From Narcine bancroftii (lineage: Eukaryota), in contig NC_091479.1 in assembly GCF_036971445.1 (NCBI RefSeq), positions 8,060,001 through 8,124,000 of the forward strand: 64,000 bases of DNA. The letters are read 5' to 3'. The position numbers were made by a program, and so were the translations under genes. This document shows positions 63,729 to 64,000 of the stretch, piece by piece (within the stretch, counting starts at the first letter, position 1; every line of letters starts with the position of its first letter). Under the pieces are notes generated by a model that saw only the letters and a program-made list of their open reading frames with translations, had not been told where the DNA came from and made no database searches.

Positions 63729-64000
63729 GATACCTGGAATAGTGTCCCACAAGAGATTGTTGACTCTAGACTCTAAAACCAAGCTCAATCTGCTGATGTA
63801 CTTAAGGGCTCGAGCAGCCCTAGTGGGAATTAAAGAACAGTTGACAATCCGAGCCAAAATTCATCGGATACCTGGAATGGGCTGGTTACCTTACAGAAGG
63901 TTTGACAGATTAGATTTTATATCAGTTTTCAGATTTATTGTCAGAGTACAGACATGACATCACATATGACCCCGAGATTCTTTTTCCTGTGGGCCAGGCA

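Noticed and set aside
63760-63880. ttccag|GT ATC CGA on the minus strand as the missing exon 2 (G-I-R-S-W)
   Set aside because: The next codon is TGA and downstream residues do not resemble MAP1 exon 2.

Overview
Eukaryotic (vertebrate) genomic DNA. The repeat content (CR1/HER1-type LINEs, HE1/V-SINE-type SINEs, Penelope, Rex1/Babar, L1, RTE) points to a cartilaginous fish, probably a ray or shark; this is an inference. The window holds the 3' five coding exons of MAP1A (microtubule-associated protein 1A) on the minus strand: 24529-24447, 20831-20691, 19119-9816 (giant 9.3-kb exon), 4978-4746 and 4162-4007. All junctions are GT-AG and phase-compatible, and the protein ends ...FPACKIEF*. The expected exons 1-2 were not found; they may lie beyond 64000 or inside N gaps. 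The rest is a repeat-poor 3' UTR/flank (1-4006) and repeat-rich introns. These contain two near-identical young RTE LINEs, an L1, a CR1, hAT MITEs with target-site duplications (TSDs), Penelope fold-backs with hammerhead-ribozyme-like motifs, four minisatellites and a CpG-island-like block (about 41-46 kb) with three assembly gaps. The most interesting leads are: a candidate unannotated alternative first exon with two in-frame donors (about 23.9-24.1 kb), a candidate internal promoter and exon set at 41-44.7 kb, a 15/45-aa higher-order repeat inside MAP1A, the Penelope hammerhead motifs, and the young RTE family. I found no convincing evidence of a wholly new multi-gene system, and no CRISPR, rRNA or tRNA genes.
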